DNA from: an uncultured Gemmatimonadales bacterium
GTDB lineage: Bacteria > Gemmatimonadota > Gemmatimonadetes > Longimicrobiales > RSA9
Reading direction: 5' to 3'
NCBI GenBank assembly: GCA_963816355.1
Contig: CAWFKH010000003.1
Location: 1,248,001-1,312,000 of the forward strand
Length of the DNA: 64,000 nt
The translations under genes were made by a program, and so were the position numbers. How positions within the stretch are numbered: position 1 is the first letter of the stretch; every line of letters starts with the position of its first letter. Below are positions 19,974 to 29,733 of this stretch, in pieces. The notes beneath the pieces are model-generated. The model was not told the origin of the DNA. It saw nothing but the letters and a program-made list of their open reading frames with translations, and did no database searches.

Positions 19974-20239
19974 CGGGCGTCATGAGAACGCCGGCGAGCC
20001 GGGGCGCGGCGCGCCGGGCTGACCCGAATCGAGGCGAGGAAGAGGAGACGGTGGAAAGTGCACGCTTGGGAGCTTCACCCTCTTCCTTTTCTCCACGTCG
20101 CCGACGGCGGAGAACACGACGTTCGAGGACCCCGCTGCTCGGCACCGGCTGCTCGGACTGCTCGTGGTCGGTGCGCGCCGGCGTTGCAGCGGGATGGATG
20201 CGCACCGCGCGTCTTGACGACCGGCGAGCGGCCGCCGCC

Positions 20240-20380
20240 TGTGGCAGGCGCCCAACACCTCGTTGGGGGGTTGCCGCAAGAAGCGTGGCGGAAGCCCCAA
20301 GCCCATTTTTCATAAATCGTGTTATTGCAACCATTTACGGGATTTCGCGGTGCCCACGACGTGCGCGAACGGCCCTTGCA
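20240..20380 (+). promoter_or_regulatory. Enhancer pair + AT-rich dyad + sigma54-like promoter (copy 2), upstream of the sugar transferase-exosortase operon
   Basis: TGTGG-N8-CAACA (20240), CGTTG-N8-CCGCA (20261), ATAAA-N17-TTTAC (20312-20338), GCGAAC-N5-TTGCA (20365-20380). Confidence 0.7.
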
Positions 20381-20439
20381 CAGTAGGCGGGCGCAGTCGG
20401 AAGTCGGACGGGCTTGACCAGAGATCCAGAGGAGGCTGA

Positions 20440-21189
20440 GTGCATTCCTCCGTAGACAAGATACAGAGAGTGGAGGCGGTCGCGGGAATCGGTGCGGCCC
20501 CGGCGGCGGCGTCGGAGCTTCATCTGGTGCTCGCGGAGCCACCGCAGGTGTCGCCGGGCGAACGGGCGCGTCGCCTGCTTAACGTGGGAATCGCGTTGGT
20601 GCTGCTGCTGTTGTCGGCGCCGCTGATCCTGATCGTGGCGCTGCTGGTCCGGCTGTCGAGCCGCGGTCCGGTGATCTACCGTCAGACGCGGGTGGGGGTG
20701 GACCGCCGGCAGGGGAAGCCGGGAGGCAACTGGCGGCGCAAGACGGATCTGGGCGGCCGCCCGTTCACGGTCTACAAGTTCCGGACGATGACGTGGGAGG
20801 GCCCCGGCGGCGACGAGGTGTGGGCGACGCCGGACGATCCGCGGATCACGTGGGTCGGCCACTTCCTTCGGCGCACACGGCTGGACGAGCTGCCACAGCT
20901 CTTCAACGTGCTGAAGGGGGACATGAACGTGGTGGGGCCGCGTCCGGAGCAGCCGCAGATCTTCGCGAAGCTGCGCGACCACATCGATCAGTATCCACAC
21001 CGGCAGAAGGTGCTTCCGGGAATCACCGGGCTGGCGCAGATCAATCATCACTACGACCGCAGCATCGAGGATGTGAAGACGAAGGTTCGCTTCGATCTCG
21101 AGTATCTGGAACGGGCCTCCGTGCTGCACGACCTGTCGATTCTGGCGAAGACCGTTCCGGTGGTCGTCTTCAGGAAGGGTGCCTGGTAG
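20440..21189 (+). CDS. Priming polyprenyl-phosphate sugar transferase (Bac_transf family)
   Basis: [55 protein letters not shown]. Confidence 0.92.
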   Translation: MHSSVDKIQRVEAVAGIGAAPAAASELHLVLAEPPQVSPGERARRLLNVGIALVLLLLSAPLILIVALLVRLSSRGPVIYRQTRVGVDRRQGKPGGNWRRKTDLGGRPFTVYKFRTMTWEGPGGDEVWATPDDPRITWVGHFLRRTRLDELPQLFNVLKGDMNVVGPRPEQPQIFAKLRDHIDQYPHRQKVLPGITGLAQINHHYDRSIEDVKTKVRFDLEYLERASVLHDLSILAKTVPVVVFRKGAW

Positions 21190-21190
21190 G

Positions 21191-22114
21191 GTGAGCACGG
21201 TCTCGACGGAGATCCCGCCTCGCGCTCCTGCGCGAAGCGGGATCGGCGCGTATTCGACGGCGAGGCGCCTGGCGGGTCCCGCAGGCGTCTTCACGCTGGG
21301 CATCGCGTTCGCGGTGCTCTTCTGGACGCCGTTGTGGACGTTCGGCCGCGACCTCTGGAGCGACCCGGACGCGAGCCACGGACTGCTGCTCGTGCCGATC
21401 GCTTTCGTGCTGGCGTGGAAACGGGGCGTCGCGCCGCGGGCGCGGGCCCAGCCGGTGCTCGGTTTCGCCCTGCTGGTCGCCGCCGTGATGCTTCGCTACC
21501 TCTCGGGCCTCGCCGCGGAAGTCTTCACCATGCGGCTCTCACTGCTGCTCGGTGCCGCGGGCGTGGTGGTTCTCTACCTCGGTGTTCGACAGCTCCTGCA
21601 CTGGTGGTTGCCGGTGCTGCTGATCGGGCTCTCGGTCCCGCTGCCGGTCGTGCTTACGAACACGATCGCCTTCCCGCTGCAGCTCAAGGCGTCCCAGATG
21701 GGCGCCACGCTGCTCGAGCTGCGCCACGTGCCGGTGCGGCTGAGCGGGAACGTGATCGACCTGCCCGGGCAGCGGTTGTTCGTGACGGAGGCGTGCAGCG
21801 GGCTGCGCTCGCTGACGGCGCTGATCGCGCTCGGCGTGCTGATCGGCGGCCTCTGGCTGCGCTATCCGGTGACGCGCCTGCTGCTCGTGGCGGCCGCGAT
21901 ACCGGTGGCGATGGTGTTGAACGGGATCCGCGTCTTCCTGACCGGGTTCCTGGTCTTCTTCGTGAGCCCGGAGCTGGGTCGCGGCTTCATGCACCTGACG
22001 GAGGGTTGGATCGTCTTCGTCTTCGCGTTCGTGATTCTGGGCGGCGTCGCGTGGGTTCTCGACCGCGGCGAAGCGCTCTTGAGGCGCCGGCGCGCGCGGG
22101 AGGTGACACCGTGA
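21191..22114 (+). CDS. Exosortase (EpsH family)
   Basis: Multi-TM protein with SHG, catalytic VTEACSGLRSL, NGIR and FMH. Confidence 0.92.
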   Translation: MSTVSTEIPPRAPARSGIGAYSTARRLAGPAGVFTLGIAFAVLFWTPLWTFGRDLWSDPDASHGLLLVPIAFVLAWKRGVAPRARAQPVLGFALLVAAVMLRYLSGLAAEVFTMRLSLLLGAAGVVVLYLGVRQLLHWWLPVLLIGLSVPLPVVLTNTIAFPLQLKASQMGATLLELRHVPVRLSGNVIDLPGQRLFVTEACSGLRSLTALIALGVLIGGLWLRYPVTRLLLVAAAIPVAMVLNGIRVFLTGFLVFFVSPELGRGFMHLTEGWIVFVFAFVILGGVAWVLDRGEALLRRRRAREVTP

Positions 22115-22752
22115 CGCGGACGACGAGCACCTGGATCGCGGCCGGCATCCTCGGCTTCGGCGCGCTGCTCACGCTCGGCTTCGTGCGCGAGCAACGACGG
22201 ATGCCGCTGCGCGAGCCGTTGTCGGCGGCGGTGCCGCGGACGCTGGCCGGAGAGGGCGGCGAGGATGTGACGATCTCGCCGGAAGAGCAGCGCGTGGCCG
22301 GCATGAGTCAGTACGTCATGCGGGCGTACGGCCCGGATGCCGCCAGCGGTTTCTCGGTCTATGTCGGCTACTACGAGCGCCAGTCCCAGGGCCGGACCAT
22401 CCACTCGCCGAAGAACTGCCTGCCGGGCGCGGGTTGGGAGCCGCTCTCCTCGCGCCGCGAGACGATCGCGGTGGGGGATCAACGCGTGCCGGTGAATCGC
22501 TATCTGCTGCAGAACGGAGGACATCAGGCGCTCGTGCTCTACTGGTACCAGGGCCGCGGCCGCATCGTGGCGAACGAGTACCGGGTGAAGCTGAACCTGC
22601 TTCGCGATCAGGCGCTGCTCGGCCGCAGCGACGAAGCGCTCGTGCGCGTCGTCGTACCGGTCGTGAACGGCGAGGCCGCGGCCTATTCACGTGCGACAGA
22701 GGTCGCGCGCGAACTGGTGCCGGCGGTACGCCGTGCGCTACCGTCGGCCTGA
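22111..22752 (+). CDS. epsI: EpsI family exosortase-associated protein
   Basis: YVGYY, IHSPKNCLPGAGW, VLYWYQ, DEALVRV. GTGA overlap with the exosortase gene. Confidence 0.88.
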   Translation: MTRTTSTWIAAGILGFGALLTLGFVREQRRMPLREPLSAAVPRTLAGEGGEDVTISPEEQRVAGMSQYVMRAYGPDAASGFSVYVGYYERQSQGRTIHSPKNCLPGAGWEPLSSRRETIAVGDQRVPVNRYLLQNGGHQALVLYWYQGRGRIVANEYRVKLNLLRDQALLGRSDEALVRVVVPVVNGEAAAYSRATEVARELVPAVRRALPSA

Positions 22753-22832
22753 CCGCCATGACGACGATGACGAAGCCGGCGAGGCCGCCCTCGATCGTGG
22801 CAGGGCGGGCCCAAGCGAGAGAAGAGAGGGTC

Positions 22833-23339
22833 ATGCGAACCAGGAGTTTCCTGCCATCCGTGTACGTGCTTTGCGCGGCTCTGGTGGCGATCCCGGTCTT
22901 CGACACGCTGGTCGAGACGTGGCCCCTGCAACTGAGCCAGATCCGCTGGCGCTTCGGCGCGGTCGGCATCGGCCTCGGCCACGCAAATACCGCCGTGCTG
23001 GGCATCGTCCTCGCGATGGCGGTGGCGGCGGCGCTGGAACAGAGGAAGGTTTTGCGAACGCTCTCCTTCCTCTCGCTCCTCGGCTTCGTCGTGATCGCGG
23101 CCGTGCTGTCGGTGTTCGCGCTGGACATGCTGCAGATGCGGCCGGCGCTGAACGCGAACGTGCGGGGCGCCTACGACGCGGCGTCGATGAAAGCGTTCTT
23201 TGCAGGTGTCTGTTTCACCGTAGTACTGCTCGTGGTGGCGGTGGCGGGGCTACGCGCCACGAAGCGCGCGCGCAATCGAGCGCCGCGGCAGGAGATCCTC
23301 GAACCACTCATCCCCGCCGGAAAGGAGAGTACCGTATGA
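22833..23339 (+). CDS. Four-TM membrane protein, paralogue of 56848-57366
   Basis: FD...WPL...WRFG motif and four hydrophobic helices; ATGA-coupled to the PEP-CTERM gene. Confidence 0.75.
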   Translation: MRTRSFLPSVYVLCAALVAIPVFDTLVETWPLQLSQIRWRFGAVGIGLGHANTAVLGIVLAMAVAAALEQRKVLRTLSFLSLLGFVVIAAVLSVFALDMLQMRPALNANVRGAYDAASMKAFFAGVCFTVVLLVVAVAGLRATKRARNRAPRQEILEPLIPAGKESTV

Positions 23340-23950
23340 AACGGATCTTACCGAGAGTTCGCCGTGGTGCACTGGCGCTCGCGCTCCTCGTGGGCGTGGC
23401 GGCACCGGCCGCGGCACAGACCACCTGGAATGGAGGTGACGTGTGGTTCCGCTTCGTGTTCTCGGACGCGAGGTACGCGGACCTGATGCTGGTCGCAGGT
23501 ACGACCGATCAGTCCGTGTTCAACAACCACATGGCCACGCCGGGCGATGAGGTTTCGATCACCGAGGCGCAGCTCCTCAGCATGGGCTACGGCTTCGGTG
23601 ACGACCTCATCTTCAAGCTGAACGTGTGCACCGAAGGCGGCATGATCCTGTGCGCGTCCGGTGCGGACTTCACGTGGCTCAGCACCGACCCGCAGCACGC
23701 GATGTTCTCGGGTGCGGTGGGTACCCCGAACCCGACGGCGAACGCCCTCTACAACCACTCGATCGGGTGGGAGGACAAGCCGCCGGAGATCTCCGACTTC
23801 GACTACAACGACATCATCGTCGACTACTCCCTGCAGCAGACTGTGCCGGAGCCGACGACGTGGGCGCTGATGCTCACGGGCCTCTTCGGCCTGGTGGCGT
23901 TCGGTTGGTACCGTCGGAAGAACGTGGCCGGTTCGGGCATTCTCGCCTGA
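23336..23950 (+). CDS. PEP-CTERM sorting-domain surface protein
   Basis: Signal peptide, WED...DFDYND motif, and C-terminal VPEPTTWALMLTGLFGLVAFGWYRRK. Confidence 0.9.
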   Translation: MKRILPRVRRGALALALLVGVAAPAAAQTTWNGGDVWFRFVFSDARYADLMLVAGTTDQSVFNNHMATPGDEVSITEAQLLSMGYGFGDDLIFKLNVCTEGGMILCASGADFTWLSTDPQHAMFSGAVGTPNPTANALYNHSIGWEDKPPEISDFDYNDIIVDYSLQQTVPEPTTWALMLTGLFGLVAFGWYRRKNVAGSGILA

Positions 23951-23978
23951 CCCGTCCGCGACCAGGTGGTAAGGAAGG

Positions 23979-24008
23979 GGCCCGCACGAACGTGCGGGCC
24001 TTTTTCTT
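23979..24008 (+). terminator. Intrinsic terminator
   Basis: GGCCCGCAC-GAAC-GTGCGGGCC followed by TTTTTCTT. Confidence 0.85.
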
Positions 24009-24062
24009 GCTACCCCACCCGCGTGACTCGACCGTTCGACGCACACTCCGGCAGGACCCAAC

Positions 24063-25262
24063 GTGAGAATCGGAATCATCGCCCCGGAGCTGGGAGCAGG
24101 TCCGGGCGGGATGCAGGAGTTTCCGCGCCAGGTGGCGCGTCACCTGGCGGACACCGACGACGTCGTCCTCTTCGCGGTTCCGGGCGCGCCCGCCCCGGCG
24201 CCCGCTATCGCAATGCGTGCCGTTCCGCACCGCGACCTCGCCCTCCTCCCGGAGCGCCTCGACGCCGAGCCGGTCGACGTCTGGTTCGCCTGCAACGCGG
24301 CACTCGCCACGATCGCGCCGCAGCTCCGCGCACCGACGGTCGTGTATCTCAACGGCAAGGACTTCCTGGCGCCCTGGATCGGCGTGGCGCGCCCGTGGAT
24401 CACCTGGATCGCGGGCCTGCGCGGCGCATGGAGGCTCGCCGACCCCCTGCGGACGCGCGTGTGGCGGCGCGACATCCGGCGCGGCTCGCACTCCGTCGCT
24501 CGGCTGCTCGCGAACAGCGCCTACACCGCCGCTCTGGCTGCGCGCGCGCTCCGCGTCCCCCGAGCCAGGATCGGCATCCTCCACCCCGGCGTGGCCGACG
24601 AGTTCTTCCGGCACGGGAAGTCGCCGCGCCCCTCCGCGCCCCTCCGCATCCTGACCGTGGCCCGGCTCGCCCGGTGGAGTCTCCGCAAGAACGTCGACGG
24701 CCTGATCCGGGCCGTCGCCCTGCTCCCTCCGGGAATCGTCGAAACGTGCGACGTCGTCGGCGACGGGGACGATCGGCCCCGCCTCGAGGCGCTCGCGCAC
24801 AGCCTCCACCTGGACGGCCGCGTTCGCTTCCTCGGCTCCGTGAGCCGCGAAGATCTGCTGGCCCGCTACGCCGAGGCGGATCTCTTCGTCCTCGTGCCCA
24901 CCCAGGGCGGAGGCGACGTCGAGGGCTTCGGAATGGTCTACGTCGAAGCCGCCGCGGCCGGCGTGCCCTCCATCGCCGCCCTCCACAGCGGCGGCTCCGA
25001 CGCCGTCGCGGACGGTGTGAGCGGTCTCCTGCTCTCCTCCACCCAGCCGGCCGCCATCGCCTCGGCCATCCGCCGGGTCCGCGCCGCGCCCCAGCAGTTC
25101 TCCCCCGAACAGGTCCGTGCCCACGCGGAGCGCTTCCGCTGGCCACGCATCGTGAGCGCGCTGCGGGCGGAGCTGCTCGCGGTCGCGGCCGCACGGCCGG
25201 CGGGCGACATGTTGCACGCTCGCCACATTTCGTCGGCCGGCCGTACGGTTGACGGTCGGTGA
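24063..25262 (+). CDS. Glycosyltransferase family 4
   Basis: MRIGIIA...GGMQ, ANS, EGFGMVYVEA. Confidence 0.88.
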   Translation: MRIGIIAPELGAGPGGMQEFPRQVARHLADTDDVVLFAVPGAPAPAPAIAMRAVPHRDLALLPERLDAEPVDVWFACNAALATIAPQLRAPTVVYLNGKDFLAPWIGVARPWITWIAGLRGAWRLADPLRTRVWRRDIRRGSHSVARLLANSAYTAALAARALRVPRARIGILHPGVADEFFRHGKSPRPSAPLRILTVARLARWSLRKNVDGLIRAVALLPPGIVETCDVVGDGDDRPRLEALAHSLHLDGRVRFLGSVSREDLLARYAEADLFVLVPTQGGGDVEGFGMVYVEAAAAGVPSIAALHSGGSDAVADGVSGLLLSSTQPAAIASAIRRVRAAPQQFSPEQVRAHAERFRWPRIVSALRAELLAVAAARPAGDMLHARHISSAGRTVDGR

Positions 25263-25271
25263 AGGCGCGGC

Positions 25272-26273
25272 TTGATTCTTGAACCGGTGGCACGAGCGGA
25301 AACGAGTGAACAGCCCATTGCGAACCGAGCGAAAGACAGGTTGAGCGCAGAAGCAACGGCTCAGACGGCCGGTCGCCTTCCGACCGCCGCCGACGAGCGC
25401 ATGGACGCGGCGACGGATCGTGGTGGGACGTGGCGGGAGATCCTGGTCGAGGAGTTGTGGCAGCACCGGGACCTCCTGCACCAGTTGACGCTACGCGACA
25501 TCCGGATCCGATACAAGCAGGCGGCAATGGGGTTCGCGTGGGCGATCTTCATGCCGGCGCTGGTGGTGCTCGCGGGTTCGATGGTGCGCTTCGCGATGGG
25601 CTACATCTCGGGCAGCGACGTCTCGCGGGCGCAGATCGCGACGATCGCGGTGAAAGCGCTGCCGTGGTCGTTCTTCGTCGGCGCCATCGGGTTCGCGACC
25701 AATACGCTGATCGCGAACATGACGCTCGTGACGAAGGTGTATTTTCCGCGCGAGGTGTTGCCGATTTCGGCGACGCTGGCGCAGACGTTCGACTCGACGA
25801 TCGGCGGCGTCGCGCTGCTGTTCGTTTTGCCGGTGCTCGGGGTGCACTACAGTCTCACCGGCCTGTGGGCGATTCCGCTTCTCGTCCTGCTCTTCTGCTT
25901 CACGGCCGGGGCGTCGTTGTTCCTGGCGGCGGCGAACCTGTTCTTCCGGGACGTGAAATACATCGTGCAGGTCCTGCTGATGTTCGGAATCTTTTTCACT
26001 CCCGTCTTCTTCGAGCCGTCGATGCTGGGGCCTCTGGGGAGCAAGCTGGTGATGCTGAATCCGCTGGCGCCGATGATCGAGGGGATCCGCCTGGCGGTGG
26101 TGAACGGTCACGACCTGTTGCGGCCGTTGCTGGAGATCGACTCGCACGGCAGGCAGGTGGTGGCGTGGAGTCCGCTCTACCTGGTATACGCGGCCGGTTG
26201 GGGGGTGGGTGCGCTGGCGGTTTCGCTGCGCGTCTTCCACCGCCTCGAGCGGATCTTCGCGGAGTACGTGTGA
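25272..26273 (+). CDS. wzm: ABC-2 polysaccharide export permease (Wzm-like); true start may be 25341 or 25401
   Basis: RDIRIRYKQ...GFAW, KVYFPRE, FFRDV, TPVFF, NPL. Confidence 0.88.
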   Translation: MILEPVARAETSEQPIANRAKDRLSAEATAQTAGRLPTAADERMDAATDRGGTWREILVEELWQHRDLLHQLTLRDIRIRYKQAAMGFAWAIFMPALVVLAGSMVRFAMGYISGSDVSRAQIATIAVKALPWSFFVGAIGFATNTLIANMTLVTKVYFPREVLPISATLAQTFDSTIGGVALLFVLPVLGVHYSLTGLWAIPLLVLLFCFTAGASLFLAAANLFFRDVKYIVQVLLMFGIFFTPVFFEPSMLGPLGSKLVMLNPLAPMIEGIRLAVVNGHDLLRPLLEIDSHGRQVVAWSPLYLVYAAGWGVGALAVSLRVFHRLERIFAEYV

Positions 26274-26275
26274 TC

Positions 26276-27523
26276 ATGGCGACGGCGACGCTCACGCCTC
26301 GGATCCGCTTCGACGGCGTGTGGAAGAAGTTCCGCAGGGGCGAAGTTCACGACAGTCTGCGGGACCTGATCCCTGCGATGACGCGCAGGCTCCTCGGACG
26401 CACGCCTTCGCGGAGCGAGCTTCAGCAGAGCGAGTTCTGGGCGGTGGAAGACATCTCTTTCGACGTCGGGCCGGGAGAGGCGATCGGGATCATCGGCCCC
26501 AACGGAGCAGGCAAGTCGACGATCCTGAAGCTGCTGACGCGGATCCTGCGACCGACGCGCGGGCGCTGTGACGTGCGTGGCCGCGTCGGAGCGTTGATCG
26601 AGATCGCCGCCGGCTTCCACGCGGATCTGACGGGGAGGGAGAACGTCTTCCTTCAGGGCGCGATCCTGGGTATGGAACGCGCCATGATCAAGCGCCAGTT
26701 CGACGAGATCGTCGCTTTCGCGGAGCTGGACGAGTTCATCGACACGCCGGTGAAACGCTACTCGAGCGGCATGAACGCGCGGCTCGGCTTCGCCATCGCG
26801 GCCCACCTCGACCCCGAGGTGCTGATCATCGACGAGGTGCTCTCCGTCGGCGACTACCGCTTTCAGCAGAAGGCGTTCGACCGGATCCGGGCGTTGTGCA
26901 CCAGCGGCATCCCGGTCGCGCTCGTGTCGCACCAGCTCGATCGCATCGCCTCGCTCTGCAGCACCGCGATCCTTCTGGACCGGGGACGCCTCGTCGTGCA
27001 GGGCGCGCCTTCGGAGTGCATCGCCGCCTACGTCTCCGGGCACACGGGCGAGGAAGCGACGCCGCAGGATGACGGCGTGCGTGTCGCGGTGGCGCTCGAG
27101 GGGGAGGGACCGGCCGCGCTGCTTTCGGGCGAGTGGATGACCCTCTCCGTGGAAGCCGAGGTCGACACCGACCTGCCCGACTCTGTGGGCGGGGTCAGCC
27201 TGCGCGTGCGCAACCTGTCGAACGGATACACGGTGTACGCGATCGACACGGACGAGCACGGCGCACCCCGCCTGGCGAAGGGGCGGCTCGACCTGTCGGT
27301 CGCGCTCCAGATGAACCTCGGTCAGGGGGTGTACGGCATCGAGGCGTACGTCTGGGATAGCGAGGGACGTCGCGCGCTCGCGCGCAGCGCGACGGTTCCG
27401 GTCAAGATCAGCACCGAAGCGGGTTTCCTCGGTTCGGCGCAGTTGAATGCCCGCCTGTGCAGCGGGGCCGGAGCGACGCGTCGCGATTCGAGTCCGCGCG
27501 CGGACGCGCTTTCCCGACCGTGA
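26276..27523 (+). CDS. wzt: ABC polysaccharide export ATPase with C-terminal Wzt_C-like domain
   Basis: GPNGAGKST, YSSGM, IIDEVLSVGD, VSH. Confidence 0.92.
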   Translation: MATATLTPRIRFDGVWKKFRRGEVHDSLRDLIPAMTRRLLGRTPSRSELQQSEFWAVEDISFDVGPGEAIGIIGPNGAGKSTILKLLTRILRPTRGRCDVRGRVGALIEIAAGFHADLTGRENVFLQGAILGMERAMIKRQFDEIVAFAELDEFIDTPVKRYSSGMNARLGFAIAAHLDPEVLIIDEVLSVGDYRFQQKAFDRIRALCTSGIPVALVSHQLDRIASLCSTAILLDRGRLVVQGAPSECIAAYVSGHTGEEATPQDDGVRVAVALEGEGPAALLSGEWMTLSVEAEVDTDLPDSVGGVSLRVRNLSNGYTVYAIDTDEHGAPRLAKGRLDLSVALQMNLGQGVYGIEAYVWDSEGRRALARSATVPVKISTEAGFLGSAQLNARLCSGAGATRRDSSPRADALSRP

Positions 27524-27557
27524 GGGAACGCTCCGACCGCGGAGGGCAGGACCGCTC

Positions 27558-28510
27558 ATGACGCCGGAGCTCGTCGTTCTGGTTCCCACGGCCGGACGCC
27601 CCGATCTGCTGCGGCGGACGCTCGCCTCCCTGGCCGAGATGCCGGCTGCCGCCGGGCTACCGCGAAACGGTCGTGATCGAGAACGGCCCGGCGAGCGGAG
27701 CACGTGACGTGGTGGCCGCCTGTCCCGCGCCGCTGCGTGTCCGCTACCACCATCATCCCCTGGCCAACAAGAGCGCCGCGCAGAACGAGGTCGTCGCGGA
27801 CCTCGACGACTGTCTGGTGTTCTTCACGGACGACGACGTCCGCATCGACCCGGGTACGCTCGAAGGTCTCGCGAACGCGGCCGGCGACGCCGGCGATGGC
27901 GCCTTCTTCGGCGGTCCGATCGGCGTCGACTACGAGCACGAGCCGCCCGAATGGCTGAAGGCGTTCCTGCCCGGGTCGGCCCGCGGCTGGCACGGCGGGG
28001 ACACGCCGTACGACGTCCAGGAGCCGGTCTTCTTCGGCTGCAACTGGGCGGCGTTCTCACGCGACGTCATCGCGGTGGGCGCCTTTGACGTTCGCCGCGG
28101 ACCGGGCGGTACGAGTCGTGGAACGGGGAACGAGACGGACATGCAGATGCGGCTCCTCGAGAGTGGCGTCCGGGGCATCTACGTTCCCTCCGCCATGGTG
28201 TGGCACTACGTCCCCCGCGAGCGCTGCACCCCGCGCTGGGCGCTGGATCGTGCCTACCGCGGGGGCGTCGCCATCGGGCTCGACCACCGTCGCGACGATT
28301 CCAAGCGCTGGTTCGGCGTTCCGCGCTGGATCTACGGCGAGGTGCTCCGGAGCACGCTGCGTCTGCCGCTCGCGCTCGCCGGCGGTCGAGAAGCCCGGTT
28401 CCGCGCGCGGCGACGATTTCGCTACGCCGTCGGGCATGCTCAACGGCGTTCGGATCGCCAGCCGAAACCCGCCCGTCGACGCCGCGCTTGCTTCCAGGAT
28501 CGTTCGATGA
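27558..28510 (+). CDS. Glycosyltransferase family 2 (frameshifted in this sequence)
   Basis: VLVPTAGR start, FTDDD, GCNWAF, NETD. Frame changes near 27650 and 28435. Confidence 0.7.
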
Positions 28511-29731
28511 GCGGCGCGGCTTCTCCGACCCGACGCCCTCGTCGCGTGCGCATCGCGTTCTGCATCGACAACATGAACGTGGGCGGGACGGAGCTGAACG
28601 CAGTGCGCACCGCGGAGCTCCTCGATCGCTCGCGCTACGACCTCCGGGTGGTCTCGCTGGCCGGCGAAGGGCCGCTGCTCGCTCGCTACGAGGCGGCGGG
28701 AGTTCCCGTGAAGGTGATCCGACTGCGCAACCTGTACGGCCGCTCCGCGTTCGCGGCCGGGCTGGAGCTGGCGCGCTACCTGCGAAAGGAGCGCGATCGA
28801 CATCCTCCACGCGCACGACATGTACAGCAACGTCTTCGCATCGCCGTGGGCGCGCCTGGCGGGATGCGGCGTCATCGCGAGCAGGCGCTGGTGGATCGGG
28901 ACCGCCGCGCCGTGCGCTACCGGTCGCGAACCGCATGGTCCTACGTCGTTCGCGCACCACGTGCTCGCGAACTCGGAGCGGGTTGCGCGCATGCTGGCGG
29001 ACGCGGAGAAGGTGCCAACTCGAAAGATCCTCGTCGTGCGCAACTTTCTCGACGATGCGGCTTTTGGGCAGCCTGATCCTGGCTGGCGTGCCGAAATCCA
29101 CGCGCGCCTGAAGGTCCCCGCGGACGCGGTCATAATCGGGATGGTCGCTTCACTCAGCCCGTATAAGGACCACGCCACGCTTTTCCGGGCCGTCGCCGGG
29201 CTGAGATCGAGATCGACGCCATTTGTCTGCGTCCTGGTCGGTCGAGACGCGGGGGAGGGTGCGGCGCTCCGTGCCTTGGCGAGGGAGCTCGAGATCACCG
29301 AACTCGTGCGATATGCCGGCGAGCTACCGAACCGACCCAACCCGAACTTCCTTTTCGATGTGTCGGTCTTGAGCACGCGATCCGAAGGCTTGCCAAACTC
29401 CGTGTTGGAGGCGATGGCCGCCGGGCGTCCAGTGGTCGCGACGGATGTCGGAGCGGTCGCCGACGCGGTGGAGGATGGTGTCACGGGTCTGCTCGTGAGA
29501 CGCGGAGAGGCGGAGCACCTCCGCACCCGGCTGCAGGTGTTGTTGACGAACGAGGACAAACGTTGGCGTCTTGGGAAGGCGGGATCGGCAGCGGCTCGAA
29601 CGCGCTATTCTGCTGACGCATCTCTCGCCGAACTCCACGGAGCCTACGAGTCCGTGCTCGCTCGAGGCAGATCCCAACCCCGGGGCCTCGAACCGGGCAA
29701 ACGACCGATATTTCCGGGGAAGGTGGTTTAA
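28507..29731 (+). CDS. Glycosyltransferase family 4 (frameshifted)
   Basis: GGTE near the N-terminus, KDH, EGLPNSVLEAMAAG, TDVG. Frameshifts at about 28800-28950. Confidence 0.78.
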
Positions 29732-29733
29732 CC

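Noticed and set aside
19980..20386. ORFs 19982-20386 (+), 20058-20315 (+) and 19980-20306 (-) in the kinase-to-sugar-transferase gap
   Set aside because: They have no recognisable motifs, are low-complexity Arg/Ser/Pro-rich translations, and run through the promoter motifs. A short real gene at about 20050-20220 cannot be excluded.
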